A stretch of 64,000 bases of DNA from Clostridiales bacterium (lineage in GTDB: Bacteria; Bacillota; Clostridia; Christensenellales; CAG-314). The translations under genes were made by a program, and so were the position numbers. The notes beneath the pieces were generated by a model, which was not told where the DNA came from, did no database searches, and saw only the letters and a list, made by a program, of their open reading frames with translations. Shown piece after piece: positions 8,985-18,150 of the stretch (positions within the stretch are counted from its first letter, which is position 1; the number at the start of each line of letters is the position of its first letter). Location of the stretch: assembly GCA_022508305.1 (NCBI GenBank), contig JAFLVM010000001.1:962341-1026340 (forward strand), given 5' to 3'.

Positions 8985-9031
8985 TGTTCAAAATTGTCGA
9001 AAAAATGACAATTTAAGACAAATGTGTCGTA
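8985..9031 (+). promoter_or_regulatory. Cluster of 0A-box-like heptamers (TGTTCAA 8985, TGTCGAA 8995, TGTCGTA 9025)
   Basis: TGTCGAA at 8995-9001 is an exact match to the Bacillus 0A-box consensus TGNCGAA. It is embedded in the inverted repeat ATTGTC-N8-GACAAT, upstream of the Spo0A_C gene. Confidence 0.35.
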
Positions 9032-9192
9032 AAAATTGTAAAAAAGTCACTTTTGTACAAAAATAGCAGGCTCGGGAATTCGCTTTGAAGTCTGGCGCGA
9101 GATTTCAGTCAAAGGTGGGCTACGTCCTTGTCTCGCGATGCCTCCAAATCGAACACCCTCGCCTCTATCTGTGGGCAACTAATTGCAGATTG

Positions 9193-9221
9193 TTGACTTT
9201 TTTGCGGTGTTGAACTACAAT
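9193..9221 (+). promoter_or_regulatory. leuS promoter (TTGACT-17-TACAAT)
   Basis: -35 at 9193-9198, -10 at 9216-9221, about 40-nt leader with an AGAGG RBS. Confidence 0.6.
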
Positions 9222-9260
9222 TTGTGTAAATAGTAGTTAATTATATATATAGAGGTCTAT

Positions 9261-11705
9261 ATGGACAAGATTGCAGTAGAACAAAAGTGGAACAAGCTGT
9301 GGAACGAGCAGCAGGTGTACAAATTCGACGGCAAGGACGTAGACAACAAGTACTACGTTTTGGAAATGTTTTCTTACCCAAGCGGTAGCAAATTGCACGT
9401 CGGTCACTGGTACAACTACGGACTTACCGACAGCTTTGCAAGATACCAAATTATGAAAGGCAAAAACGTGTTTCAACCCATGGGCTTTGACGCGTTCGGT
9501 CTGCCTGCGGAAAACTACGCAATAAAAACAGGCGTTCATCCCGAGGACAGCACGTTGCACAACATTGAGGTCATGGAAACTCAGCTCAAGAATATCGGCG
9601 CAATGTTCGATTGGGATCACGAGATCAAGACCTGCCTACCCGAATATTACAAGTGGACGCAGTGGATTTTCGGCGAACTGTTCAAGCGCGGACTTGCCTA
9701 CCGCAAGAAGGCGCCTGTCAACTGGTGTCCAAGCTGCAACACGGTGCTTGCCAACGAGCAGGTGGTGGACGGTCACTGCGAACGTTGCGACAGTCAGGTG
9801 GTAAAAAAGGACCTTACGCAATGGTTTTTCAAGATTACCGACTACGCAGAGGAGCTGCTTCAAGGACTTGACAATCTTGATTGGCCGGAAAAGACCAAGG
9901 CAATGCAACGCAACTGGATTGGCAAGTCTCAAGGCGGCGAAATAGTATTTGAGTTGGCTACAAGGAAGAACAGCAGCAAAACCGCCAGCTTCAAGGTGTT
10001 TACCACTCGCGCTGACACGTTGTTCGGCTGTACCTACGTAGTGCTTGCTCCCGAACACGAGTTGGTGGCGAAAATCACCACGCCTAAACACAAGGCGGAA
10101 GTGGCGGCGTACATTGAAGAAGTCGCTAAAACCAACGAAATCGAGCGCCTTTCGACAGCCAAGGAAAAGACGGGCGTATTTACAGGCGCTTACGCAATCA
10201 ACCCCATTAACGGCGAAAAGGTACAAATTTGGATTGGCGACTACGTACTTGCCAGCTACGGCACGGGCGCGGTTATGGGCGTTCCGTCACACGACGCAAG
10301 AGACTACAAGTTTGCGGTTAAGCACGGTTTGAAGATTAAACGCGTTATCAAAGCGGCGACAGAGGGCGTTGACGACAGTTTGCCCTTCTGCGACTACGGC
10401 GTTATGGTAAACAGCGGCGAGTTTGACGGTTTGACGAGCGAACAGGGCAAAATCGCTGTTGTCGAAAAACTTGCAAAGTCAGGCAAAGGCGAACTCAAAA
10501 CCAACTACCGTCTCAGGGACTGGCTTGTGTCCCGTCAGAGATATTGGGGCGCGCCGATACCTATCATTCACTGTCCGCATTGCGGAGAAGTGCTTGATGA
10601 GAATTTGCCCGTAAAACTACCGTACGACGTAGAATTCCGTCCCGACGGTACGAGTCCGCTTGCTAAACACGACAAGTTTATTCACGACGTCAAGTGCCCC
10701 AAGTGTGGCGCGGCTGCAACTCGCGACCCCGATACGTTGGACACCTTCGTTTGCAGCAGTTGGTACTACTTGAGATACCCCGACGCCAAAAACAGTGAAA
10801 AGCCCTTCGATACCGCATGGATTGACAAGATGCTACCCGTAGACAAGTACGTTGGCGGCGCAGAACACGCTTGCATGCACCTGCTGTACGCGCGCTTTAT
10901 CACCAAGGCTCTTAGAGATATGGGCTATCTGCACTTTGATGAACCTTTCAAGTCGCTCGTTCACCAAGGCGTAATTCTTGGACCCGACGGCAACCGCATG
11001 AGCAAATCTCACGGTAACGTAGTTTCACCCGATGATTACGTCGGTACCTACGGCGCGGACGTTTTCCGTTGCTACCTCGCTTTCGGCTTCCGCTATATTG
11101 AGGGCGGACCGTGGTCTGACGACGGTATCAAGGCTATCAATAAGTGGTTGGACAGAGTGGAGCGTTTCGTTCTTTCCGCTTACGGCGAGTACGAAACAAC
11201 CGACAGCTTTGGCAAAGAAGAAAAGGAACTCAACCGCGTACGCCACGCTACAATCAAGGCGGTGGACGCGGACTATCAGGATTTCTCATTCAATACAGCG
11301 GTCGCCCGTATGATGGAGTTGGTTAACGCAATCGCTAAATACGACCAACTTTCCAACAAAAATCCCAAACTGTACAAGGAAACTGTTGACGACTTGCTGA
11401 AACTGCTTTGCCCGCTTGCTCCTCATTTTGCGGAAGAACTGTGGCAGCAGACGGGGCACGATGGTAGCATCGTCGTTACCAAATTCCCCACTTTTGACGA
11501 AAGCGCATTGAAGGTTGCCGAGACGGAAATTTTGGTGCAGTTCAACAGCCGTCCAAGGGTACGTTTGACGGTAGACGCGACGCTCACTCCCGCCGAGCTC
11601 GAAAAGGTTATTCTTGCCGACAGTCAAGTGCAAGAGCAACTCAACGGCGCAACTGTAAAGAAGGTTATCGTAATTCCGGGTCGCTTGGTAAACGTAATTT
11701 TGTAG
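9261..11705 (+). CDS. leuS: Leucyl-tRNA synthetase
   Basis: 814 aa. HVGHWYNY (HIGH-type) and RMSKSHGN (KMSKS) motifs, CP1 editing-domain length, zinc-binding Cys pairs. Confidence 0.97.
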   Translation: MDKIAVEQKWNKLWNEQQVYKFDGKDVDNKYYVLEMFSYPSGSKLHVGHWYNYGLTDSFARYQIMKGKNVFQPMGFDAFGLPAENYAIKTGVHPEDSTLHNIEVMETQLKNIGAMFDWDHEIKTCLPEYYKWTQWIFGELFKRGLAYRKKAPVNWCPSCNTVLANEQVVDGHCERCDSQVVKKDLTQWFFKITDYAEELLQGLDNLDWPEKTKAMQRNWIGKSQGGEIVFELATRKNSSKTASFKVFTTRADTLFGCTYVVLAPEHELVAKITTPKHKAEVAAYIEEVAKTNEIERLSTAKEKTGVFTGAYAINPINGEKVQIWIGDYVLASYGTGAVMGVPSHDARDYKFAVKHGLKIKRVIKAATEGVDDSLPFCDYGVMVNSGEFDGLTSEQGKIAVVEKLAKSGKGELKTNYRLRDWLVSRQRYWGAPIPIIHCPHCGEVLDENLPVKLPYDVEFRPDGTSPLAKHDKFIHDVKCPKCGAAATRDPDTLDTFVCSSWYYLRYPDAKNSEKPFDTAWIDKMLPVDKYVGGAEHACMHLLYARFITKALRDMGYLHFDEPFKSLVHQGVILGPDGNRMSKSHGNVVSPDDYVGTYGADVFRCYLAFGFRYIEGGPWSDDGIKAINKWLDRVERFVLSAYGEYETTDSFGKEEKELNRVRHATIKAVDADYQDFSFNTAVARMMELVNAIAKYDQLSNKNPKLYKETVDDLLKLLCPLAPHFAEELWQQTGHDGSIVVTKFPTFDESALKVAETEILVQFNSRPRVRLTVDATLTPAELEKVILADSQVQEQLNGATVKKVIVIPGRLVNVIL

Positions 11706-11820
11706 AAACTGTAGCAAAAGCTGCTCTTTCTGCATAAAATTGAAAAAGTAAATTCGGCGTTTGTTATTTACTTGAAATAGGTAACAATAACGAACAAAAA
11801 ATAAAAAAGGAAAAACAAAT

Positions 11821-12744
11821 ATGGATTTCAGAAAAGAAGCCGCGCTACTTGGCATAGGCGACACGCCGCTAATCCCTTACGAAGAGGATTTTGATGCGGA
11901 CATATTTATCAAAAACGAAGGCATGAACGCCAGTGGCAGTGTCAAAGATAGAGCGGCACTGGGAATGATACTTGACGCCGAGGAAAAGGGCTTACTCCAA
12001 AAAGGCGACACTATCATAGAGGCGACAAGCGGAAACATGGGCATTGCGCTTGCCTACGTGGGCATAAAGCGCGGCTACAAGGTACTTTTGACAATGCCCG
12101 AAACCATGACGGTTGAACGCCGCGAACTGCTCAAGGGCTTGGGCGCGGAACTTGTCCTCACCGAAGGCAAACTGGGCATGAAGGGCGCGATAGACGCTGT
12201 AGCGCAGTACGCAACTAAACCTCATCACGTGTGGCTCAAACAGTTCGAAAATTCCGCCAACGTCACCGCTCACTATCTGTCAACAGGCGAGGAAATCTTG
12301 GAACAGCTCGACCGCGTTGACGTACTCGTTGCGGGTGTTGGCACGGGCGGCACGCTTATCGGTACAGGCAAACGTGTTCGCGAGCAATTCCCCAACGTGG
12401 AAATAGTGGCGGTTGAACCTGCCTCAAGCCCCGTCATCTCCCGCGGAGAAAAGGGCGCGCACAAGATTCAAGGAATTGGCGCAGGTTTCGTGACGGCATT
12501 GTACGACCGCGAGATTGTCAATCGCGTGGAGCTTGTTACCGACAACGAAGCTCTCGATATGTTCCGAACATTGAACCTCAAGCAGGGCTACAGTTGTGGA
12601 ATTTCCTCCGCGGCAAACATTGTCGTAGCGACCCGTCTTGCAAGTGATCCTGCCTACAAAGGCAAAAATATCGTCACCTTCTTCCCCGACGGCGACGACA
12701 GATACGGCTCGATTTTGAAGCCTGTCGCGAGCGAAACAAAATAA
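11821..12744 (+). CDS. cysK: Cysteine synthase A (O-acetylserine sulfhydrylase)
   Basis: 307 aa. PLP-lysine motif SGSVKDRAALGMI, GTGGT loop. Confidence 0.9.
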   Translation: MDFRKEAALLGIGDTPLIPYEEDFDADIFIKNEGMNASGSVKDRAALGMILDAEEKGLLQKGDTIIEATSGNMGIALAYVGIKRGYKVLLTMPETMTVERRELLKGLGAELVLTEGKLGMKGAIDAVAQYATKPHHVWLKQFENSANVTAHYLSTGEEILEQLDRVDVLVAGVGTGGTLIGTGKRVREQFPNVEIVAVEPASSPVISRGEKGAHKIQGIGAGFVTALYDREIVNRVELVTDNEALDMFRTLNLKQGYSCGISSAANIVVATRLASDPAYKGKNIVTFFPDGDDRYGSILKPVASETK

Positions 12745-12842
12745 TTGAAAAAATAGCGAAACAGGTTCGCGTTTGATGTATTGACAAAACTTTTAAAAGG
12801 TTTACAATGGTGTTAACAATAAAAAAATAAGGAGAAATCACT

Positions 12843-13265
12843 ATGAAAAAATTTGCAAAAATCATGGCAGTAGTACTTGTTGCAGTAATGGCTCTTGCGC
12901 TTCTCGTTTCTTGCGGTCCCGCATCCGACCCCGACAAAGCGCTTGCAGCTCTTAAAGACAACGGATACGTATTGGCGGCTAAAAACACAGGTCTTCTTTC
13001 CCTGACCGCGGTAGAAGTTATAGTCGGCGCTGAACGTGGCGATGTTGTTGCAATCGTTACCGGTACTAAGACTGACGATGACAACAAACTGCAAACAATC
13101 ACAATTTGGTACTTCAAGGATTCCGCAGCAGCAAACAAAGCTTGGGACAAAGCTCAACAACATGCAAACAGTGAAAAAGACGACGATGCATCTGATTGGG
13201 TTGTTGCAAAATCCGGCGCAATGATTTACTACGGAACAAGCCAAGCAGTTAAAGACGCAAGATAA
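12843..13265 (+). CDS. Small lipoprotein of unknown function
   Basis: Signal peptide with lipobox LLVSCG. 140 aa. Confidence 0.6.
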   Translation: MKKFAKIMAVVLVAVMALALLVSCGPASDPDKALAALKDNGYVLAAKNTGLLSLTAVEVIVGAERGDVVAIVTGTKTDDDNKLQTITIWYFKDSAAANKAWDKAQQHANSEKDDDASDWVVAKSGAMIYYGTSQAVKDAR

Positions 13266-13338
13266 CTGCTCGCCGCAGAGGCAAGTAGGGGTACGCAAGA
13301 ATAGTTGCGTAACAAATTAAAAAATTATTAAAGACAAG

Positions 13339-13369
13339 AAAACACCTCAATTCGTTGGGGTGTTTTTTC
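13339..13369 (+). terminator. Rho-independent terminator
   Basis: Stem cacctc/ggggtg followed by a T6 run. Confidence 0.7.
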
Positions 13370-13435
13370 TGCCTCGACGGTGGGGCGGGTACGGTTTTTG
13401 TCTAAGCATTAAATTTAACCATTGTATAACTGTAA

Positions 13436-13464
13436 TTGACATAAAGTATCTTAGATGATATAAT
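13436..13464 (+). promoter_or_regulatory. trpS promoter (TTGACA-17-TATAAT)
   Basis: Consensus hexamers at 13436-13441 and 13459-13464. Short leader. Confidence 0.65.
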
Positions 13465-13497
13465 TTACAATACCTAAAGTATGTTTTAGAGGTAATT

Positions 13498-14505
13498 ATG
13501 GACGACGGTAGCAAAAAGAGAGTATTTTCTGGAGTGCAACCCACGGGCAAGGTGACGCTGGGTAACTATCTCGGCGCAATTAAAAACTGGACACCCCTTC
13601 AAGAGCAGTACGAGTGTCTTTTTTGCGTGGTAGATTTACACTCTTTGACTGTCACGCAAGTGCCGGCAGAGCTTCGCAAAAACACTATGGATCTCGTCGC
13701 GCTGTACATTGCCTGCGGTCTTGACCCGAACAAAAGTGCGCTGTTCATTCAGTCGCACGTACACGAGCATGCCGAGCTTGCATGGATACTTGACACGATT
13801 GCCTACGTTGGCGAACTCAACCGCATGACGCAGTTCAAGGACAAGTCGAGAAAGCACGCAGACAACATCAACATGGGACTAATGAACTACCCCGTGCTCA
13901 TGGCAAGCGACATTTTGCTGTACAATGCCGATTTGATTCCCGTAGGCAAGGACCAGGTTCAGCATGTTGAACTTACACGCGACCTGGCGCAACGTTTCAA
14001 TGCAAGGTATTCCGACACCTTCGTTGTTCCCGAGGCGCTGCTCAACAAAGCAGGTCAAAGCATAAAGAGCTTGCAAGACCCAACCGCCAAAATGTCCAAA
14101 TCCGACCCTAACGACAACGCTATCATTTCCCTCACCGACGACGCCGACACAATTCGCAGAAAGTTGCGTAGGGCTGTTACGGACAGCGACACCTGCGTTC
14201 GTCACGGCGCGGACAAGCCTGCAATCAGCAACCTGTTGAACGTCTACAGCCTGTGTAGCGGGCTAAGTATAGCCGATGCGGAAAAGATATTCGAGGGCAA
14301 GGGCTACGGCGTGTTCAAGGATGCGGTGGCAGATGCGGTAATTTCCGTAGTTTCCCCTATTCAAGAAGAACAAAAGCGACTACTTGCCGACAAAGCGTAT
14401 CTTGAAGGGGTTTTGAAGCAGGGCGCAGAACAAGCGGAATCAATCGCTCGCAAGACGTTGTCCAAGGTTTACCGCAAGGTTGGACTTATTCCGCGTATAA
14501 GATAA
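13498..14505 (+). CDS. trpS: Tryptophanyl-tRNA synthetase
   Basis: 335 aa. Class I fold, KMSKSDPN motif, GVQPTG start typical of TrpRS. Confidence 0.95.
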   Translation: MDDGSKKRVFSGVQPTGKVTLGNYLGAIKNWTPLQEQYECLFCVVDLHSLTVTQVPAELRKNTMDLVALYIACGLDPNKSALFIQSHVHEHAELAWILDTIAYVGELNRMTQFKDKSRKHADNINMGLMNYPVLMASDILLYNADLIPVGKDQVQHVELTRDLAQRFNARYSDTFVVPEALLNKAGQSIKSLQDPTAKMSKSDPNDNAIISLTDDADTIRRKLRRAVTDSDTCVRHGADKPAISNLLNVYSLCSGLSIADAEKIFEGKGYGVFKDAVADAVISVVSPIQEEQKRLLADKAYLEGVLKQGAEQAESIARKTLSKVYRKVGLIPRIR

Positions 14506-14506
14506 A

Positions 14507-15355
14507 ATGTTTGGTTATTTAGACGTAAACAAGGGCACACTTGAACAAGGACAGCGCGGACTGTGGCAAACCTTTATGTGCGGAATGTGCTTTTCAACCA
14601 AAAGTTTGTACGGCAATTTTCCGCGGATGTTTATCAGTAACGACGTCAACTTTTTCAACGTGCTTTTCCACAGTGTAACGGAAACGGACGTAGAGGTAGA
14701 ACACAAGCGTTGTTTTTCTCACCCGATAAAAAAGCGGACTGTGTTAAAGGAAACCGACCTCACTCAAAAACTGTCGGTGGCGAACGTATTGCTCACCTAC
14801 TGGAATGTCTACGACGACACGGTGGACGGCGGTAGCGTAAAAAAGAAAACTGCGTTGAGAGCTTTGAAAAAGGCGTACCGAAAGGCGCAAAAAGACTTCC
14901 CCGAATTGGACGGAATGCTGTCTAAGCGCTACCAAGAACTTAGGGAACTGGAACAGTCCAACTGTGACAGCATTGACCGAGTTGCCCACGCGTTTTCGCA
15001 GTTAGCGCAGGATTTTGCGGTAATAGTACTGGACGACAAAGCAAACGAGTACGTGCAGACTCTTTGCTACAACGTTGGCAAGTGGATTTACCTAATTGAC
15101 GCGTTAGACGATGCAGAAAAAGACGTTAAACGGCGTAACTACAACCCTTTTGTCGCTTGCTACGGCGTAAAGTCGGCAGCAGAACTGGGCGAAAAATACG
15201 ACGAGATTCAATTTGAAATGTACGCGGTATTGAACCGTATCGCGCAAGCATACAATGATTTAAATTTGTCCAAATACACTTGTATACTGAATAACGTATT
15301 ATTTGAAAGTATACGGAACAAGACCAAAGAAATATTGAACGGATACAAAAAGTAA
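14507..15355 (+). CDS. Conserved hypothetical protein (MFGY...CGMC N-terminus, DUF5685-like)
   Basis: 282 aa. Starts 1 nt after the trpS stop. The N-terminal MFGYLD...MCGMCFS resembles a Clostridial family usually found next to J-domain proteins. That assignment is from memory only. Confidence 0.45.
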   Translation: MFGYLDVNKGTLEQGQRGLWQTFMCGMCFSTKSLYGNFPRMFISNDVNFFNVLFHSVTETDVEVEHKRCFSHPIKKRTVLKETDLTQKLSVANVLLTYWNVYDDTVDGGSVKKKTALRALKKAYRKAQKDFPELDGMLSKRYQELRELEQSNCDSIDRVAHAFSQLAQDFAVIVLDDKANEYVQTLCYNVGKWIYLIDALDDAEKDVKRRNYNPFVACYGVKSAAELGEKYDEIQFEMYAVLNRIAQAYNDLNLSKYTCILNNVLFESIRNKTKEILNGYKK

Positions 15356-15387
15356 GAAATATTAACATTGCCTATTACGGAGCAACG

Positions 15388-16011
15388 ATGATTTACAACG
15401 CATACGAAATTTTGGGATTAACTGAATCTGCCACACGCGAGGAAATTGAAGCGCGCTACTTGGAACTGCGTGAAAAGTATCAACGCGACAGATTTCTCCC
15501 CGGTGACGAGGGCGAAGAGGCTTCGGAAAAGCTGCAGCAGCTTGAAGTGGCTCACCGCGACCTTTTGATTGCTTTGGATGAGCAAGAACACGCTGCAAAC
15601 TTCACCGAGGACACTGATTACAGCAAGATTCAAGACTTCATCAAGGGCGGCAATCTCGACGAGGCGCAAAAGCTTTTGGACGAACGCACAACCCGAGATG
15701 CCGAATGGCACTACATTCAGTCCATACTGTTTTACAAGCGCAACTGGTTTTTGGAAAGCAAAAAGCAGTTGGAACTTGCTTGTCAAATGGAGCCGAACAA
15801 CCAACGCTACAAGCAAAGTCTTGAGAAATTGACCAAAATTTTGGCGTCCAACACGATAAGCCCCGACCAAATGCGCACCAACTCACGCCCAGTAGACGAC
15901 GGTCCCAGAATGGGCGCGGGCAACGGAACGTGCACGGGTAGCGTGTGTACCGACTGTTTGCTGTGTAACATGTGTTGCAACTGCTGTCAATGTATGGGCG
16001 GTGGCTGCTGA
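15388..16011 (+). CDS. J-domain protein with helical repeat region and extremely Cys-rich C-terminal tail
   Basis: YEILGL...EEIEARYLELREKYQRDRF is J-domain-like, though I see no clear HPD tripeptide. The tail is CTGSVCTDCLLCNMCCNCCQCMGGGC. Confidence 0.65.
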   Translation: MIYNAYEILGLTESATREEIEARYLELREKYQRDRFLPGDEGEEASEKLQQLEVAHRDLLIALDEQEHAANFTEDTDYSKIQDFIKGGNLDEAQKLLDERTTRDAEWHYIQSILFYKRNWFLESKKQLELACQMEPNNQRYKQSLEKLTKILASNTISPDQMRTNSRPVDDGPRMGAGNGTCTGSVCTDCLLCNMCCNCCQCMGGGC

Positions 16012-16648
16012 CATGAACAAGGCTCGGCTAATTGCCACAAGCGGTATTTGCGGAGCAATTGCATCGGTAAGTCTGCTTGTTACAAGCGTGTTCCCCTACG
16101 CCGTGTTGATATTTGCGGTTATGGCGTCGGTTGCCGTTGTTGTGCCTTTGCTCATTGACGGCAGAAATCTTGTTTATTCGCTTCTTGTGTACGCCGTCAC
16201 CGTAGTGGTGGGCGCGCTTAGCGGAGTGTTTTTTCAAAACGTCGTGTACGTGGCGCCTGTAATTACGTTTTGCATTCCCATGGCAATCGTCAAGGTGTAC
16301 GGCGAAACGGTCAAGATTACTGCAAAGTTGGATCGCGCCGAAACGCTGGACGACCCATTTGAAGAGGGCGCTGACAGCAAGATACTCGTATCGCAGTTGG
16401 ACGGCAAACAACGTCTGCCTAAGGTTGTCAAGTGGGTGCTGTACTACGCGCTGTTGGAAGTAGGCGTAGGCTTGACCTTACTTGTCACCTACTTCATAAC
16501 CCCGCCCGTATTCGAGGCGTTGTACTCTACGGGTTGGCTGTTTTGGTTTATGATAGGCGTGGCGCAGCTCGTCGTTCCTCTCTACGATTTGCTGCTTCAC
16601 GTTTGCCTCATCGCCGCAGCAAAAGCGCTACGCAAAGTCATTAAATAG
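16001..16648 (+). CDS. Polytopic membrane protein, unknown function
   Basis: 215 aa, about 6 hydrophobic helices. Overlaps the stop of the J-domain gene. Confidence 0.55.
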   Translation: MAADMNKARLIATSGICGAIASVSLLVTSVFPYAVLIFAVMASVAVVVPLLIDGRNLVYSLLVYAVTVVVGALSGVFFQNVVYVAPVITFCIPMAIVKVYGETVKITAKLDRAETLDDPFEEGADSKILVSQLDGKQRLPKVVKWVLYYALLEVGVGLTLLVTYFITPPVFEALYSTGWLFWFMIGVAQLVVPLYDLLLHVCLIAAAKALRKVIK

Positions 16649-16664
16649 CGCAAATATGTATATT

Positions 16665-16694
16665 AAAAAGGAAGCGATTTCGCTTCCTTTTTTG
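16665..16694. terminator. Bidirectional terminator hairpin (copy 1 of the GGAAGCG/CGCTTCC hairpin)
   Basis: aaaaaGGAAGCGatttCGCTTCCtttttt, with an A-run and a T-run on either side. Confidence 0.75.
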
Positions 16695-16718
16695 TTGAGT
16701 TAGTTATTTGTATTTTAG

Positions 16719-18140
16719 TTATTTTATTGTTTTGTCTTTACGTTGCTTTCTTGGCAGGTTTGGCTTCAATCTTTTCATTTCGCGGTATTTGATAACAACC
16801 TGTATTCCAATTCCAACAATGAACAGTAGTGTGAGAATGATAGGAATGGACAAAAACTCCAATCTTTCCCATACGGTAAAGTCAAACAAGTCTTTAATAA
16901 TCTTACAGCAGGAATTGAACATTGTAATTGAGCCGATAAACGACGTTATCAAAAACACCCAAAACAACATTTTAGTTTGACGATATTCTTTGAAGCTTTT
17001 TAGCTGTTTTTGATAGGTTGTTTGAATTTGCGACAGCGAATTTATTTTGCTTTGGAGTTCCTTTTCAAATACGTCCGTCTTTTGCGTGCTTCTTGCGTAG
17101 TCGTAAAATTCGTTTATGTGGTTCATCGAAGAAGGACACTTGAAATTGCACCTTGTTTCGTACAGCTGCGATTTGCCTATCGTCTTCGCCACCGCCGTCG
17201 AATCGGATTCGAGCATTTGTTCGTTTATTTCGGAGTACTTGGCGTTTATTTTCGAAACCTGCGATATACGCTTTAACAGCGTAAACTTTTGATTGAGCGT
17301 AAGCAAATACAGGTAAAAGTAGTTGTTTCGCGCCGCGTGAATAAATTGAGTTTGGAAAAAGTCGTTGGTCTTTTCGTCGTCGACGAGGTAAGATAGGTTT
17401 ATCATTGCGCTGTCAGAGCCGCACCAATGACTGTTGGTAAAGGGCGAATAGCACTTGACTACGTCCGTCTGGTAGGATTCCTTGAAGTTGTACGCGCCGT
17501 GACTTAGAATCTCGTCAAAGTCCTCGTCCTTTTGATCCAAAACAACCGCAGAAAACAGTATTGGCTTGAGGTCGTAGAAGGATATTCCATCCCGTCTGTC
17601 GAAACCGTACACGGCGTCGAACGTTTTGAATATGGGCATTACTACGCTTTCCAGCGTAAATTCGCGATATTCGTCCTTGCCTGTTTTTACACGTAGCAGA
17701 TTTTCCTTGGATTTCAACTCGGCCAGAAAATAGTTTGCGTTGAGATAATCGTTGGTTTTCTCCTCGGCGTACTCCCAGTCGTATTCCAAGAATGCGACGT
17801 TGGTCTCAAACAGGTACAGCGACACGCTTTTGAGTTTGATTGACAGCTGTTTGTTGCTTTGCTTGCCTCTTACCGACAGCAAAATGGTGGAGTTTGCCCC
17901 AACAAGGTCGTAGTTTGCGCGCGCCGCGTCGTTCAACGTCAGCGCCCGCACGATACATTGCTCGGAGTTTGCGTTTTGCTTTTGATTGATGTGTTCAAAC
18001 AGGTGATTTGTCTTGAAGGTCTTTTCAATCCAAATTCGTTGTCCGCTACTTGTTACTTGATTGACAAACTGTTCCTTGTCTGCAAGTTTGTAGGCGAAGG
18101 GAATGATTTGTTTGCTAAACTGTTTAATAATATTTGCCAT
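16719..18140 (-). CDS. Uncharacterised protein with CorA-like topology: ~380-aa soluble domain, long helix, two C-terminal TM helices, basic tail
   Basis: 473 aa. TM1 MLFWVFLITSFIGSITMF, TM2 FLSIPIILTLLFIVGIGIQVVI, tail KYREMKRLKPNLPRKQRKDKTIK. No canonical GMN motif. Starts 10 nt after the upstream NTPase gene. Confidence 0.6.
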   Translation of the reverse strand: MANIIKQFSKQIIPFAYKLADKEQFVNQVTSSGQRIWIEKTFKTNHLFEHINQKQNANSEQCIVRALTLNDAARANYDLVGANSTILLSVRGKQSNKQLSIKLKSVSLYLFETNVAFLEYDWEYAEEKTNDYLNANYFLAELKSKENLLRVKTGKDEYREFTLESVVMPIFKTFDAVYGFDRRDGISFYDLKPILFSAVVLDQKDEDFDEILSHGAYNFKESYQTDVVKCYSPFTNSHWCGSDSAMINLSYLVDDEKTNDFFQTQFIHAARNNYFYLYLLTLNQKFTLLKRISQVSKINAKYSEINEQMLESDSTAVAKTIGKSQLYETRCNFKCPSSMNHINEFYDYARSTQKTDVFEKELQSKINSLSQIQTTYQKQLKSFKEYRQTKMLFWVFLITSFIGSITMFNSCCKIIKDLFDFTVWERLEFLSIPIILTLLFIVGIGIQVVIKYREMKRLKPNLPRKQRKDKTIK

Positions 18141-18150
18141 AACGTACCTT

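Noticed and set aside
9061-9260. Possible T-box leader upstream of leuS (aaaGGTGGgctACgtCC resembles the T-box GGTGGTACCGCG)
   Set aside because: The match is poor. A near-consensus promoter (9193-9221) lies downstream of it and leaves only a ~40-nt leader. No specifier or antiterminator architecture could be built by eye.
11286-11864. 192-aa minus-strand ORF bridging the leuS 3' end and the cysK 5' end
   Set aside because: It overlaps two well-supported genes and the intergenic region between them, and has no motifs.
12674-13298. Two overlapping minus-strand ORFs (158 and 161 aa) across the lipoprotein gene
   Set aside because: The plus-strand ORF has an RBS, a signal peptide and a lipobox, and a terminator follows it. 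The minus-strand ORFs run through that terminator and the cysK 3' end.
13373-13497. Possible T-box upstream of trpS (cgacGGTGGggcgggtACGG)
   Set aside because: A consensus TTGACA-17-TATAAT promoter at 13436-13464 lies downstream of the motif. The leader is too short for a T-box.
15934-16011. Cys-rich C-terminal peptide as a RiPP/lanthipeptide-like precursor
   Set aside because: It is the in-frame tail of a 207-aa J-domain protein, not a separate small ORF. No modification enzymes are adjacent.
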